Shown in pieces: positions 47,426 to 59,700 of a stretch of 64,000 nucleotides of DNA (the first letter of the stretch is position 1; each line of letters begins with the position of its first letter). The stretch is from Hyaloraphidium curvatum SAG 235-1. Taxonomy: Eukaryota; Fungi; Monoblepharomycota. The stretch is from NCBI GenBank assembly GCA_025558095.1, contig JAIVFI010000009.1:372001-436000 (forward strand), given 5' to 3'. The notes beneath the pieces were generated by a model. It was not told where the DNA came from. It was given only the letters and a program-made list of their open reading frames with translations, and searched no databases. The position numbers and the translations under genes are program-made.

Positions 47426-49605
47426 CTAGTCACTCTCCCCGGCGGGAGGCGCTGTGCTGAGGTCAAAGATGCCCGCCAGATCCTCCACCTGCTCAACCTT
47501 CCGCTTCCGGCGGATAACCTCCCGCGCGGCGGACGCCTTGCCGTACATGTTAACCAGGGCGATGCCCACGATCTGCTTGTCGGGCGACAGGTAGAAGACG
47601 GCGCCCTTGCGCTGCTTCCCGTCGTCGCTCTCTTTTGCCCAAATGCCGACGGTGGGGAGGCTGGGATCAAGCAGGCCTGCGGGACGATGCTTTAGGACGG
47701 TGTCACCCCGTGCTGTCCCCATAAAGCTCACCGCAGCCTTCGATGCCGATGCTGGAACCCAGGTCCGTCCAAAAGAACGGCTGGTAGATGTACTTGCGCT
47801 TTGTTCCGCACATGTTCTGTCCCGCGACCCGGCCCGTCATGACGGCACTGTCGTGGTGCTGGCATTCTACAGTGAGCGGGCACGGTCCGGTGCGCGGCCG
47901 CCACGAAACCCACTTCGGATCGCGTCTGCCCGAGGATCATGTCGGCATAGCTTGCCACGTCTCCTGCGGCGTAGACATCCGGGGAGCTGGTCTTCAGCTC
48001 GGCATCGACAAGCAATCCTCCGCGATCCTCGTCTATCTGGAGCCCCGCGTCGCGTCCGACCTGCACGTTCGGGTCTATCCCGAGGCACAGCACCACTTCG
48101 TCGGCCGCGATCGCGACGGAATCGCCACCGCCGACGGGAGAGACCTGCACAGCAACCTTGCCATCCGCCTCCTCGATGGCCTTGACTTCGTGGCCACTGA
48201 GCACAGCCGCACCCGTTTCGCGGAGACGGTCCGTGAGCCACTGGGAAAGGTACTTGGGGAGGATGCGAGCGAGATTGCCCTGGTTCGGAACCCAGTCAGC
48301 GGCAGCCACCATGCCCTCGGGTCGCAGCCCATCACCTCCTCGGGGAACACCTGCGTGACCTTGGCAGCGTGCTTCGCAAGGGCTACGGTGAGCTCGCTGC
48401 CCAGGAATCCGCCACCGACCACGACCACTTCCTTGGTCGAGCCGGCAACCGAAGTCCGCAATCGGGAGAAGTCGGCGACGGTGCGGAACGTTGTGACGTT
48501 GCCGGCCTCGGGAACGTCCGCCAGGCTCTTCGGTGTGCCGCCCGTGGCAAGCAGCAGCTTGCCGTAACGGAAGGTCTCGCCGGAGGCCAGCTGGACGGTC
48601 TTCTTGTTCAGGTCGATGCCGCTGACGGTGGCAAAGACCAGTTTTGTCTTGGCCGATGCTTCCTCGGAGGGATCCTGGGTCTGTGCCCACTTCTCGGCCC
48701 CGGCGTAGTAGATGGAGCGCGCTTTTCCGTCCCAGGAAGTAAAGCTCAGGCTGGCGACAGCATCACCGGGCGCAGTCCATACTGCGGGGAGCGGAGCGGT
48801 CAGAGAGTCCCGAACCGCCGCTGGACAACAGAACGCACGTTCTTTGGACAGCGGAGGGCGCATGTAAGGAAGGCTCTTCTCCGAGCCGATCACGAGCACT
48901 TCTGCCGACGGCTGAAGCTCGTGAATCGCCTCCTCGGCGCTGAAGGCGGCCGTGCCCGCCCTGATTGAGCCATCGGCCCGAAACGTTAGTCGGATCGAGC
49001 GAGACCTCGGCCGCCACATACCCGATGATGACGTAGGGGAACAGCGGGGCTTCGGTGGCACCGGATTCCTTGGATTCGGGGACAGCCGATGCCGGAACAG
49101 AAGATTCGGGCTCGGCCGGTTGCGTCTCCTCGCTCTTCGGTGCTTCCTCCTCAGCCGGGGCTTCCTCGGCCGGCGCCTCCGAGGCCGCATTCGCCTCTGC
49201 TTCCGCTGCCGCCTCTGCAGCCGCCAGCGCAGCGGCCTTAGCTTGCTGGTTTTTAAGTTTGGACGAGGTGGCGCGCGGCCGTTCGCCCGCGTGCTTCACC
49301 GGGTGGAGCCCCGGGTCCGTGACGTAGGACAGGAGCGGGAAAAAGACGGCGAGCGAGCCCAGCAGCCAGAAAATGTCACTGTTGCCCTTCGACTCGGAGC
49401 CGCTTCCGTGCGATTGCCCCGGCGGAGGGGCGTGCGACGCCGCGTAGCCGCGATGGAACGCGTCACGGCGCCGGCGGAACGTCGGGCCGCCGGATGCCGC
49501 CGCCAGCATGCTGGGCCTGGCCACGCGGTCGCATCCCGCGGAAACGCTTCCGAGGGCCTCGGAAACTACAAGCCGGCGGCCGAGCTGCGCGGCCGCACGT
49601 CGCAT
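47426..49605 (-). CDS. Apoptosis-inducing factor (AIFM1-type) mitochondrial flavoprotein, multi-exon
   Basis: Presequence plus TM helix, YVIIG|AGTAA, PYMRPPLSKE, GGGFLGSEL, YAAGDVA, EHHDSAVMTGRVAGQNM-like segment and QPFFWTDLG. Confidence 0.85.
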
Positions 49606-49708
49606 CGCGAGCGTGGCGTTTGTTGTCGCGGTGTTTGATTTCGCGCGCGTCCTTTGGGCGCCCGGCGCTTGGACGCGGATATACCACTCCCGCCCTCGTT
49701 TCCGCGAA

Positions 49709-50792
49709 ATGGGCGATGTACGGACGGCCAGCCCCGGTGAAAACATCACCACGGATGGCGGATTCATGCGCGGCCACGGGACGTACCCGATGGTGCTCGA
49801 GGACGGGGCATCGGCTTTGGTAGCTGCCGTCCCAGGTGTGGTCGAGCGTGTGAACAAGCTGGTATCGGTGCGGCCCTTGCGAGCGCGCTATGGCGGGGAT
49901 ATCGGCGACGTGGTCGTGGGCCGGGTCACGGAGGTGGGATTCGTGCCAGGTTTGGGCTCGCGGGATCTCAAGGATCACTGGGAGGAAGGTAGCACAGAAG
50001 CGATGGAAGGTCGATGTCAACGGGCGCCAGGACGCGACTCTGTACCTGTCTTCGGTCAACCTGCCCGGGGGGGTCCAGGTTCGTTGCTGATTGTTCCAGC
50101 CGGACGTGGGGCGCCTTGCCGACGCCATTTTCAGCGCAGGAAAACGGAGATGGACGAGCTGAACATGCGGAGTTTCTTCGAGGAGGGTGATCTGATATGT
50201 GTAGGCCCATCTCATTGCTGCGTACGTGTGGCTTCTCATCGACTCGACGTCTAGGCCGAGATCCAATCGTTCTTTGGGGACGGTGCGGCATCTCTGCACA
50301 CGCGGAACCTGCGCTACGGCAAGGCAGGTCCTAGCAAGCCTCCACCTTATCTCCGCTTTACATTGCACGACAGCTGCGGAACGGTTCGCTGGTGGTCGTG
50401 CCTGCTGCACAGGTGAAGCGGATGAAGTCGCACTTCCACTCGCTGCCGTTCGGCGTGGACATGATCGTGGGCATCAACGGATACATCTGGGTGTGCAAGC
50501 ACGCGCCGCAAACCCCGGATCAGGCCGAGTCCGAGGCGATATACTCGAGCGAGAACGAGGTTGGTCAAGCGCAGCAGCGACCGTCATCCGCGCCTGACTC
50601 GCATGCGAGCCCATCCCGGACGAGCTGCGGTTGCGCATAGCCCAAGTGTGTCGCGCGGTTTCGACGCTGGGGAGGTATCACTGGTATATTTCAGAGCCGG
50701 TGATCCGCCACATTCTTTCGGATCCCGCAAAACTCAGCCTCTCGGACGAAGATTTCTTGCGCGCAGCCGTCCTCGCCATGGAAGCCGTCTAG
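49709..50792 (+). CDS. RRP4: Exosome cap subunit Rrp4, multi-exon
   Basis: GFMRGHGTY, VNKLVSVRPLRARYGGDIGDVVVGR, KRWKVD..SSVNLPGG, LHTRNLRYGK|LRNG and GINGYIWV. Confidence 0.95.
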
Positions 50793-50796
50793 AATT

Positions 50797-53700
50797 CTAC
50801 TTGCCGCGACCCCGCTTCTTTGTCGCCGTCGTAGCCTTCCTCGCGACCGGAGCCTCCTCGTCATCGTCGTTCTTGCCACTGTGGACATTCGTCAGATACC
50901 CAATCGAGGACCTGGAACAGGGGCCTTACAGCAGCCTAATGAGAGTCTTGCACCGGGTCTTGAGCTCCTGGAAGAAGAGCAGAACAGTGAGATCTCGATC
51001 GGAACACGGGTCTATGCCACGACTCACGGCGGTCGTCCTAGCCTTGATGAACCAATCGAACTTGAAGGGCCGGTGGTCTCGCAGCTCAACGCGGAGCTTG
51101 TCGTAGACATCGTCCGGACCGTACCCTAGCTTGTCCAGGGTCACGAGCTGTTGGTTTGGCGAGATGAGCTATTCCAGGGCTGGATATAGACCAAGGGTGA
51201 CGCACCAGGAACCGATCCTCGTCCTCCGTCCAGTTTTTCCCCTTGTTCTGGTTGTAGTGGATCTCAAGCTCCTGCAAAGGCTGGCGGTACTGCGCGACCT
51301 TTTCCGCGAGAAGCCTCCGGGTGTCGTCCTGCTTCCTCATCTCCCTTTCGCCCTCTTCGATCTTTGCAAGGTGTTTCTGGTGGTCTGTAGCGGAGCTAAG
51401 CGGCGTTCACACTCTCGCAGCGCGCGCCGCCTACCTTGTATCTCCTTGTAGCGTTCCCAAAAGACCTCCGAGTACTTGGTAACTTCGTCCAGAGGCCGAA
51501 CGAGATCGGCAGCAATCGCCTGAAGGTTCGTCCTGGAGGTTTCGGAGACCGTGAGCCGACGCAAGGGCCACGCACGGACGGCACGTGCCTCCCAAACTTC
51601 TCGTTGGCTTTGATGAACGCCTGGAAATCCTTCCGCGACCAGGTCCCGAATCCCTAGTCACGGCCGTGAGCATGCGCACGTGCACTGGACCGTCGTTCCC
51701 ACCTGTGTGCTCAGCTCTTCCATTTCTGCCCGTTCCTCCTCCGTGAGCGGCTCCGCCTCGTCGATCTTGAGCTGCTCATCGGCCCTCCACTTCTCTTTTG
51801 CTTCCTCGTCGAGCTCGCTCGGCTCCTCCCCTTTGGCCACTTTCTGCCCAGCAGACTGTCTGAAGTGGTACATCTCCTTGCGTTGCAGCTCCAGGAACCT
51901 CGGCGGGAAGAACTGGAAGTCCGACCTGCCGTCGCAGTCAGCTGGCCGGACACTAAGCGGCACTGCCAAAGACCTACACGAGAGGGTACTTTTGCACGCG
52001 CGGCCCCTTGGGGGCTGTCGGCTTCGCGCCGGGCCGCAGTGTCTCCCTGTAGTAGTCGTCCATGGAGTAGTTGACTGGGACAGACTTCAGAGACTGGAAC
52101 AAGCGAGAGCGCCCACACGACTCACTCTTTTCATTCTTGCGCTCGCGCTTCGCCGGCCCGATCCAGTTAAGCCCGATCTGATCGGCTTTCCTCTGCAAAC
52201 ATCGGCATCAGACTGGACATCGGAGAGTGGGCAGAGGGGTGCGAAAAACCTTTGCGCTGTAGTCTTCACCCTCCCACACCATGGTGCTCGTGTTCAGGGT
52301 GAACCTCTGCAGGTCTTCGATGCCGGCATCCGCGAACTTGGCATCCAATTCCGCGGTCTTTTCTGCTCCCTTCTGCAGGATCTGTTCGATGTCTTCGTCG
52401 ACGACCGTGCTTTCGGCGCCCTTGAACACGGTGTCTGCACCGTGCTGAATCATCGCGAGAAGCTCATCCTTGGAAGCAGCTGGCCGGCAGTCGCGGTCAC
52501 ACACCGCGCCTTGGAGAGCAGGCAAATGCAGCCGTACCTTTCGATTGCTGGGTAGCCTTGCCTTGCTGAATGACCAGCTGATCGAGCTTCAGCTTCTGAG
52601 TAGCACGCTCTGCAGGAATTCATTAGATCCAAGCAAAAAGCTAGGCACCGAAAGCTTCACTGACCAATGACCTTTTCCTCAATCGCATTCTTCGAAAACG
52701 AAGTGAGGATTCGCTGCGGCTCCGTCGAAAGCGAGCTCACCTCGGTGATGAACCTGAACACGATCACTTGCTTCGTCTGACCGATGCGGTGAGCTCGATC
52801 TTCCGCCTGAAAGAGTACAGGTGAGCAAAGGCATCAAGTAGGACCGTCGCGGACTACATGCCTGCAGATCGACCTGCGGGTTCCTGAGGTCGACGGCGTC
52901 AGCATCGATTCATCCTAGCAACACCACAATCGAGACTTACCAGTCGCTGTCGTACATGATCACGATGTCGGCCGTGGCCAGGTTGATGCCCAAACCGCCG
53001 GCCCTCGTCGTTAGGAGGAAGATGAACTTCTCGCTTCCAGGCTTGTTGTATTCGTCGATCGCGTTGATGCGGTCCTCGTGTGCGGTGTTGCCGTCAATGC
53101 GGCAGTACTCTGCGAAGAAACCATCACACTCCGAAGCCGAGCACAACCGGCGACACACGCACGGTACTTCTTCCAGAGGCAGTAGTCTTCCAGGATGTCC
53201 AAAACCCTGCTCATTTGGCTGAAAAGAAGGACCCTCGATCCGTTCGCCTTCAAGCGTGCAAGAAGCTTGTCCAACAAAATCATTTTGCCTTGGGACTCGT
53301 CCGTCAGCCACAGGCGAGCACCAAAAGGCCAAACACTCACCCGCGTTGTCCACAAGGTGCTGATCGGTCGTGTAGGGAGGACCGGGCTCCGCGCCGTCGA
53401 ACAGGTACGGGTGGTTGCAGCACTTCCTGAGCTGCATGACGACATTGAGCAGCCGCGTCTTGCTCGTGCGATCGTTGCCGACCGCGCCGTTCACGGCGTC
53501 GATGTCCTTCTCCAGGATCTGCTTGTACCACTTGCGCTGCATTGCGCTCATGCCGACGTAGAGGTTCTGCCTCTTCTTCGGCAAGAGGCTCTTCTCCACA
53601 TCCGACTTAATTCGCCGCAGGAGGAAAGGTTGCAGCACCTGCATCACCCAGCATGAGAGAAATCGAACACCATAGCGAACTTGCACACCTTTTGCAGCTG

Positions 53701-55255
53701 CTGGACCACCTTGTCCTGATCGCCTCCCTGCAGCCGAAACCAGGAATCGAAGTCCTCGGACGAACTGAACACGTCCGGCAGCAGGAAGTTCAGAAGGGCC
53801 CAAAGCTCATGCAAGTTGTTCTGAAGCGGAGTCCCCGTGATGAGAAGCCGGTTCCGGCTTTGGAAAAGCCGGACAATCTGAGCCAGCATCGAGTTTTCGT
53901 TCTTGATCCGGTGGGCCTCGTCAATGACGATGTAAGACCAAGCAAACTTCTTGAAGTGCGCCTTCTCCAAGAGACAGATCTCGTAGGAGGTGACGCACAC
54001 GTCGAAACCGCCGGGGAGCAGCTGATCGCGCGCTTGGACAGCCTGGAAGTGTGTTTCAACACATCGCACCGCGAGGAGCAAAGGCAAAAGCAACCCACCC
54101 TTTCTTCCTTGCTGCCGTGGAACATGAACACCTTCAGATCCGGAACCCACTTCGCAAACTCGTTCATCCAGTTGTGCAGCGTGGACTTGGGCACGATGAC
54201 AAGGTGGGGCCCGGAGTTGCCGCGGAACACCTTCAGGTACCCGAGGAACGAGATGGTCTGCAGTGTCTTGCCCAGGCCCTGGTAAGGGGAGTAAACCATT
54301 CGTACTCAGCAAGCTCGGGGTTAAAACGAACCATTTCGTCCGCCAAGATGCCGTTGATGCCGTTGTCATACAGGGAAATGAGCCAGTTGAGACCCTGGAT
54401 CTGGTAGTCCCTCATTTTCCCCCCTTTTACGTCTGTTCCAGGGGTGCCGAAGGCGTGAGTCCAGGCGCAGCAATCGAGCGGCTAGGTACCGACAGCTCGG
54501 AGACTCCGTGATGACCGTGGCGTTCACAGTCTCCTCCTCCTTCTGCAGCAGCTCCTCGTCCTCCTCCTTTTCGGTCTTTCGGTGACGGCGATCCGCTCTG
54601 AAATGACTTACGTTAGGTGCAAGGTACCGAGCGCATTCGTCCTCCACCCACGCGTCCTTGTTGGCCGCCTTGGAGGTCGGCGAAAGGGGTATGTCAATCT
54701 TCTTGGCCCCCTTCCGTTCATTCCGCAGGTTGATGAAGTGGGTAAAGAGCTCGCTTTGACCCGTCAGATAAGCGAAACGCTGGGCGGACACGAATCAGCA
54801 CCAGATGCCACAGCCGAGGGGTTCGGGGTCAGGGGCCTCACCCTCGCCGCGTCCGCCGCCTTGTCCTCCCGCAGCGAGTCCTGCGCCCTCTTGAATCCTT
54901 CCTTCCGAGCTTGTGCAAGAGCGGCGTCTTTCGGGGGCCGGCCCCTCCGCTTGGGCTTGGGCTCGTCGCTTTCCTCCTCCTTGAACTTGACCTGCCCGGC
55001 CCGTCAGCTCGTTCCAGGCCCCGCAGACCGGTCGACTACCGCACCTCGACGCCGGACATGTCATCATCTTCCATGATCTGGTCCTCGTCGTCCATGAGGG
55101 AGGTGTCCTGAGGGCGGGCCGCGGGGTCCGAGCGCGCCAACGGTTGGCGAAGGGGGAGTAGCATTCCACGGGCCATGAGCACCGCTCGCCGCAGAGCGTT
55201 GCCAGGCCGTGCTCACATTAGTCACGGAGTGGTCGGCAGTGTCTGACTCGTCCAT
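50797..55255 (-). CDS. ISWI: ISWI-family chromatin remodelling ATPase (Isw1/Isw2/SNF2H), many exons
   Basis: GILADEM|[49 protein letters not shown] and HAND-SANT-SLIDE ([11 protein letters not shown]). Confidence 0.95.
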
Positions 55256-55321
55256 CGTTCGTCGAAGATGAACGGGGGGAAGAGGGACGCTGGACCCAAG
55301 CCCCGAAATCGACGGAAGGCA

Positions 55322-56642
55322 TCACAAGACAGGCTCCCTCCCCGTCAACCGTACAAAGGCCTCTATGTACTTGGCGCGTGTCTGGGACACGACATCGTCG
55401 GGAAGGGCGATGCCGTTCTTCTTGTCGAAGCCGATCTTTTCGAGGTAGTCGCGCAGATACTGCTTGTCGAAGCTGCGGGGCGTCAGCGACAGCTGGGCTC
55501 GCGCCGAAAGCGCACCTCTCCTGGGATCTCCCTGCCTTGTACTTCTCTTCCGGCCAAAATCTTGAGGAATCTGCATCCGCCATTAGGACCCGATCTTAGC
55601 GCTGTTCGAGGCGCCGAGCTCACCAGGCGTCAGCACCTCATCGGCAAGGACAAGATCGCCGTCTGCGTTGACGCCAAACTCGAATTTCGTATCCGCAATG
55701 ATGATTCCCCGTTGGATGGCATGATCCCGCGCCTGCACAACGGCGCATAAGATGGGCGAGAGAAAGCTGCGATTTGTGACTCACCGCCTTGTATATCTTT
55801 AAAGCCGCAGATTCCATCGATGTCGCCCTCTCCTGGCCAACTATTCGGGCAGCTGACGTGGACGAAAGCATCAGCATGGTGGCTCAATCGCGGCACCCTG
55901 CCCAACCTTCTGCGGGAGAGATGTTCTCATCTGCGATGATCGAGCCTTCAAATCAGCTTCGCATCCAAGGTGCCTTCAGTGTGAGTGACTCGCCGTGCTC
56001 GCCGATCTCTGCCTTGGTGCTCGGAGTGAAGAGGGGCTCAGAGAGCTTGTCGCTTTCGATCAAGCCAGAGGGAAGGGGAATCTTGCACACCGTGCCGGCC
56101 TTTCGGTACTCGGCCCAGCCGGAACCTAAAGCGCGAAGCTCGCAGATGAGCTCCCATTCTCCGGCTACGCTCGGCACCGTGCACACCGGCAAGGTAACCC
56201 CGAACGATGGCCTCTATCGGCAGGATCTTGAGCTTCTTCACCATCATCGCGCGCCCTTCCAGCTGCTCCCGGTAATCCTGCACCGCTTTCGGCATTTCAT
56301 CGAGCTTGTCCGTGACAAAATGATTGGGCATGATGTCGGAGAGGAGCCGAAACCAAAAGACAGACAGCTGGGCAAGGATCTTGCCCTTGTCCGGGATTCC
56401 CTGTTGGTCCGTTCCCGGGGCAATGTGTGAAATGGTGCAGCCCGACAGAATGGCAGAGCTGGCCGTGAGCCTTGTTCCCCCTCGGTCCTCCAGCAACGCA
56501 CGTTTGTCATTATCACGTCAAAGGCACTGATCCGGTCCGTGGCAACGAAGAGTAGGTGCTCATCGTCGATCTCGTACAAGTCCCGGACTTTTCCTCGTGC
56601 CAGGAGCTTTAAAGTCGGGCATTCCGACTCCGCCAAAGCCAT
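55322..56642 (-). CDS. ADE1: SAICAR synthetase, multi-exon
   Basis: [50 protein letters not shown] and [10 protein letters not shown]. Confidence 0.96.
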
Positions 56643-56776
56643 TTCGGCTCCGCTGCCGTCACGGAGAGCCGCGACGATCGCGTCGTTGAGTTGGGAGTGC
56701 TAAACGAACGCGTCGTCACGCGCGCTGTTCGATCAGACAAACAGACCTTGCCAGTAACCGAAATGAGCTGATCCTG

Positions 56777-59700
56777 ATGTCGGGAGGGACTAGGGACGGA
56801 CTTGGTCGGAGCTCCAACGATGAGGTTGCCAAGATATTTGCGGACCTTGGCTCCCGGGACGACGATGTCCGCCGTCAGGCTGCAGGAGACCTCAAGCACC
56901 ATGTGGGCGCGTTGAGGGTGGCCACGGGAACCGCACCTCATTGCCGGCTTCTCCGGCGCGCAGGTGGTTGCGGTGTCGAGGGAAATCTCGGGAGACAGCT
57001 TCACGCGGTTCATGAACGACGTCAATCGCAAGATTTATGAGCTGGTCCACAGTACCAACAGCGAGGACAAGATTTCGGGCATCTACGCTATAGGTCGGAT
57101 CCGGGAACCGCTTTCGACCGGCCTGGGACTCATGTTCGCCACCTGGTGGTGGCTACAGACGCCTTGATCGACTTTGACGGGGAGGACAACAACACGAAGG
57201 TCACCAGGTTCGCCAACTACCTGCGCTTGGTGCTCCCGGGAAGCGATGGCCCAACCATGGTGCTTGCTGCCAAATCTTTGGGTGCGCGCGTCCAGCTGCG
57301 ACTTCGTAACGGGAGCCTGAAGGAGGTCTTCGCCCCCAGGACGCCTGGCGCTCGTGGGCTCAACTCTCACGGCCGACTTTGTGGATTTTGAGGTTAGGAG
57401 GGCAATGGAATGGCTGCAAGGTATTTCCGCGCGGTCGCGTCGAACTCCCTGGACGGCGTGCTGATGCGGCGTAGGCGAACGGCAGGAGTCCATTCGCTAC
57501 GCCGCCGTTTTGGTCCTACGGGAGCTTGGCGAGAACGCGCCAACGCTCGTTTATGGCTACGTTGCGCAGATACTAGACCTTGTATGGGTTGCTCTGCGGG
57601 ACCCCAAGGTTGGTGCTTCTTCCTTTGTTTGCCATCCGAGCTGCTTGACCGTCTCGTGGGCAGGTGTCCATCAGGGAGGCTGCCGCCGCGACGCTCAGTG
57701 TTTGCCTCGACCTCGTTCAAGCAAGGGACAGTCAGATGAGGATTCAAAAGTACCGCAAGATCCTGGAGGAGGCGCAGAAGTGCTTGAAATCCACCAGCCC
57801 TGATGCCGTCCACGGCGGCTTGCTGGCTTACAAGGAGCTTCTTGTACACACGGGCAATGTCTGTCTCGCTCACAGGCTGTGAATCGGACGCTCACGTCAC
57901 TTCGCAGTTCATGGATAGCCGCTTCAGGGAAGCGTGCGCCATGGTCTTGGGCTTGCGCGATCACAGGGATGCCTTGGTCCGCAAAACAGTCACCTGGTTG
58001 CTGCCAACTCTAGCGGAGTATGAGCCGCAGGTCTTCGTTCGCGAGTACTTGGGGACGTCGATGGCGTTCCTGATGTCGCAGCTCAAGTCAGAGAAGGACA
58101 AATCGACAGGTTGGTCATTTGCAGCCCAGGACAGCAGTTTTTCTGACGCATTGCGGCCGAAGCATACCGGGCAATCGGGCGGATAGCGATGGCGGTCGGG
58201 GGAAGCACAGAGCGCTATCTGGACAGCATTCTTCGCAGCCTGCAGGAAGATCTGTCTCTGAATCGCCGGTACGCCGTTCGCCCCCGTTGGACGCAGCGGC
58301 GGTCATCATTCTCTTTCTGTAGAATCCGGCGATCGTCTGGCGGCGCGCAGGACGCCATGTTCGAGTGCCTCAGTATGCTGGCCATTTCGATCGGACCTGC
58401 TCTCGAAGCCCACCTTCCGGAGTCTCTTTTGGATGAGATGTTTGCCAGCGGCCTGAGTTACGCACTGCGCCAAGCGCTGATCGACATGGCGAGGCACATT
58501 CCAGCCATGCTAGGAACCATTCAGGGTATGCTTCTCACGTGCCATGCGTCATGCGCAGCTAACGCCGACATTAAACAGAGCGTCTCTTGAACGTTCTGTC
58601 CGTGACACTGAGTGGGGAGCCTTTCCATCCACCTGGTGCGCCGAACCGCACCCCTCTGCGAAACACAAGGGGATCCGACGGCACAGACGCAGCCGCGATC
58701 ATCCTTGCACTCCAAACGTTGGGAGCTTTTGACTTCAGAGGTACTGTCCTCCGTCACGCCACGTCGCGTGCGGCGCTCTCATCGTCGGAGTTGCAGGCCA
58801 CATCTTGCACGAGTTTGTCCGCGATTGCGTGACAACGTACCTCAACGACGAGTCAGCTTCGGTACGCAAAGCCGCAGCTGTTACGTGCTGCGAGATCTTC
58901 GTCCGGGATCCAGTCAATTATCAGTCTAGCGCACACTCGCTTGAGGTGGTCGGCGAAGTGCTCGCCAGATTGCTGGAGGTCGGTATTTCGGACCCCGGTA
59001 CGTGGCAACGCATGATATCTTCGCCGTACGTTTCCAACGGTTGCCCAAGACCCCAGCATACGGCAAACCGTGCTCAGCTCCTTGGACGAGCGCTTCGATC
59101 ACCATTTGGCTCAAGCCGAGAACATCCGGATGCTGTTCCTGTCCCTCAATGACGAAGTGTTTGCCGTACGGGAGACGGCAATAGCAGTCATCGGGCGCCT
59201 CACGATCCATAACCCAGCCTACGTAATGCCTTCGTTGAGGAAGGTTCTAATTCAGCTTCTCGGGGAGCTCGAATACTCGAGTGTGAGGTATGCATCCTCT
59301 CTTCCGCCTGTGTTCGCCGGGTTTGACTGGTCACGCAGCCGGAGCAAAGAAGAAGCCGCCAAGCTCCTGAGCCAGCTCATGGCAGCCTCGCAACGGCTCG
59401 TGAAGCCGTATGTGGACCCCATTTTCAAAGTTCTGTTGCCGAAAACCAAGGAAGGGAGCTCGACGCTTGTGGGACAGATCCTGGGAAGCTTCGGCGAACT
59501 TGCGCAGATTGGGGGCGAGGACCTGTTGCCCTTTCTCGACAAGCTGTTTCCGATTCTCATTGATACGTTGCAAGATCAGAGCAGCGTAACGAAGCGCGAG
59601 GCCGGTGAGTTGAAACCGAAAGGATTGCAGCCAAATGCTCACGAGCGTTCGCTCCGCAGCCTTGAAGACCCTGGGCCAGCTTGCCAGTAGCACCGGCGCG

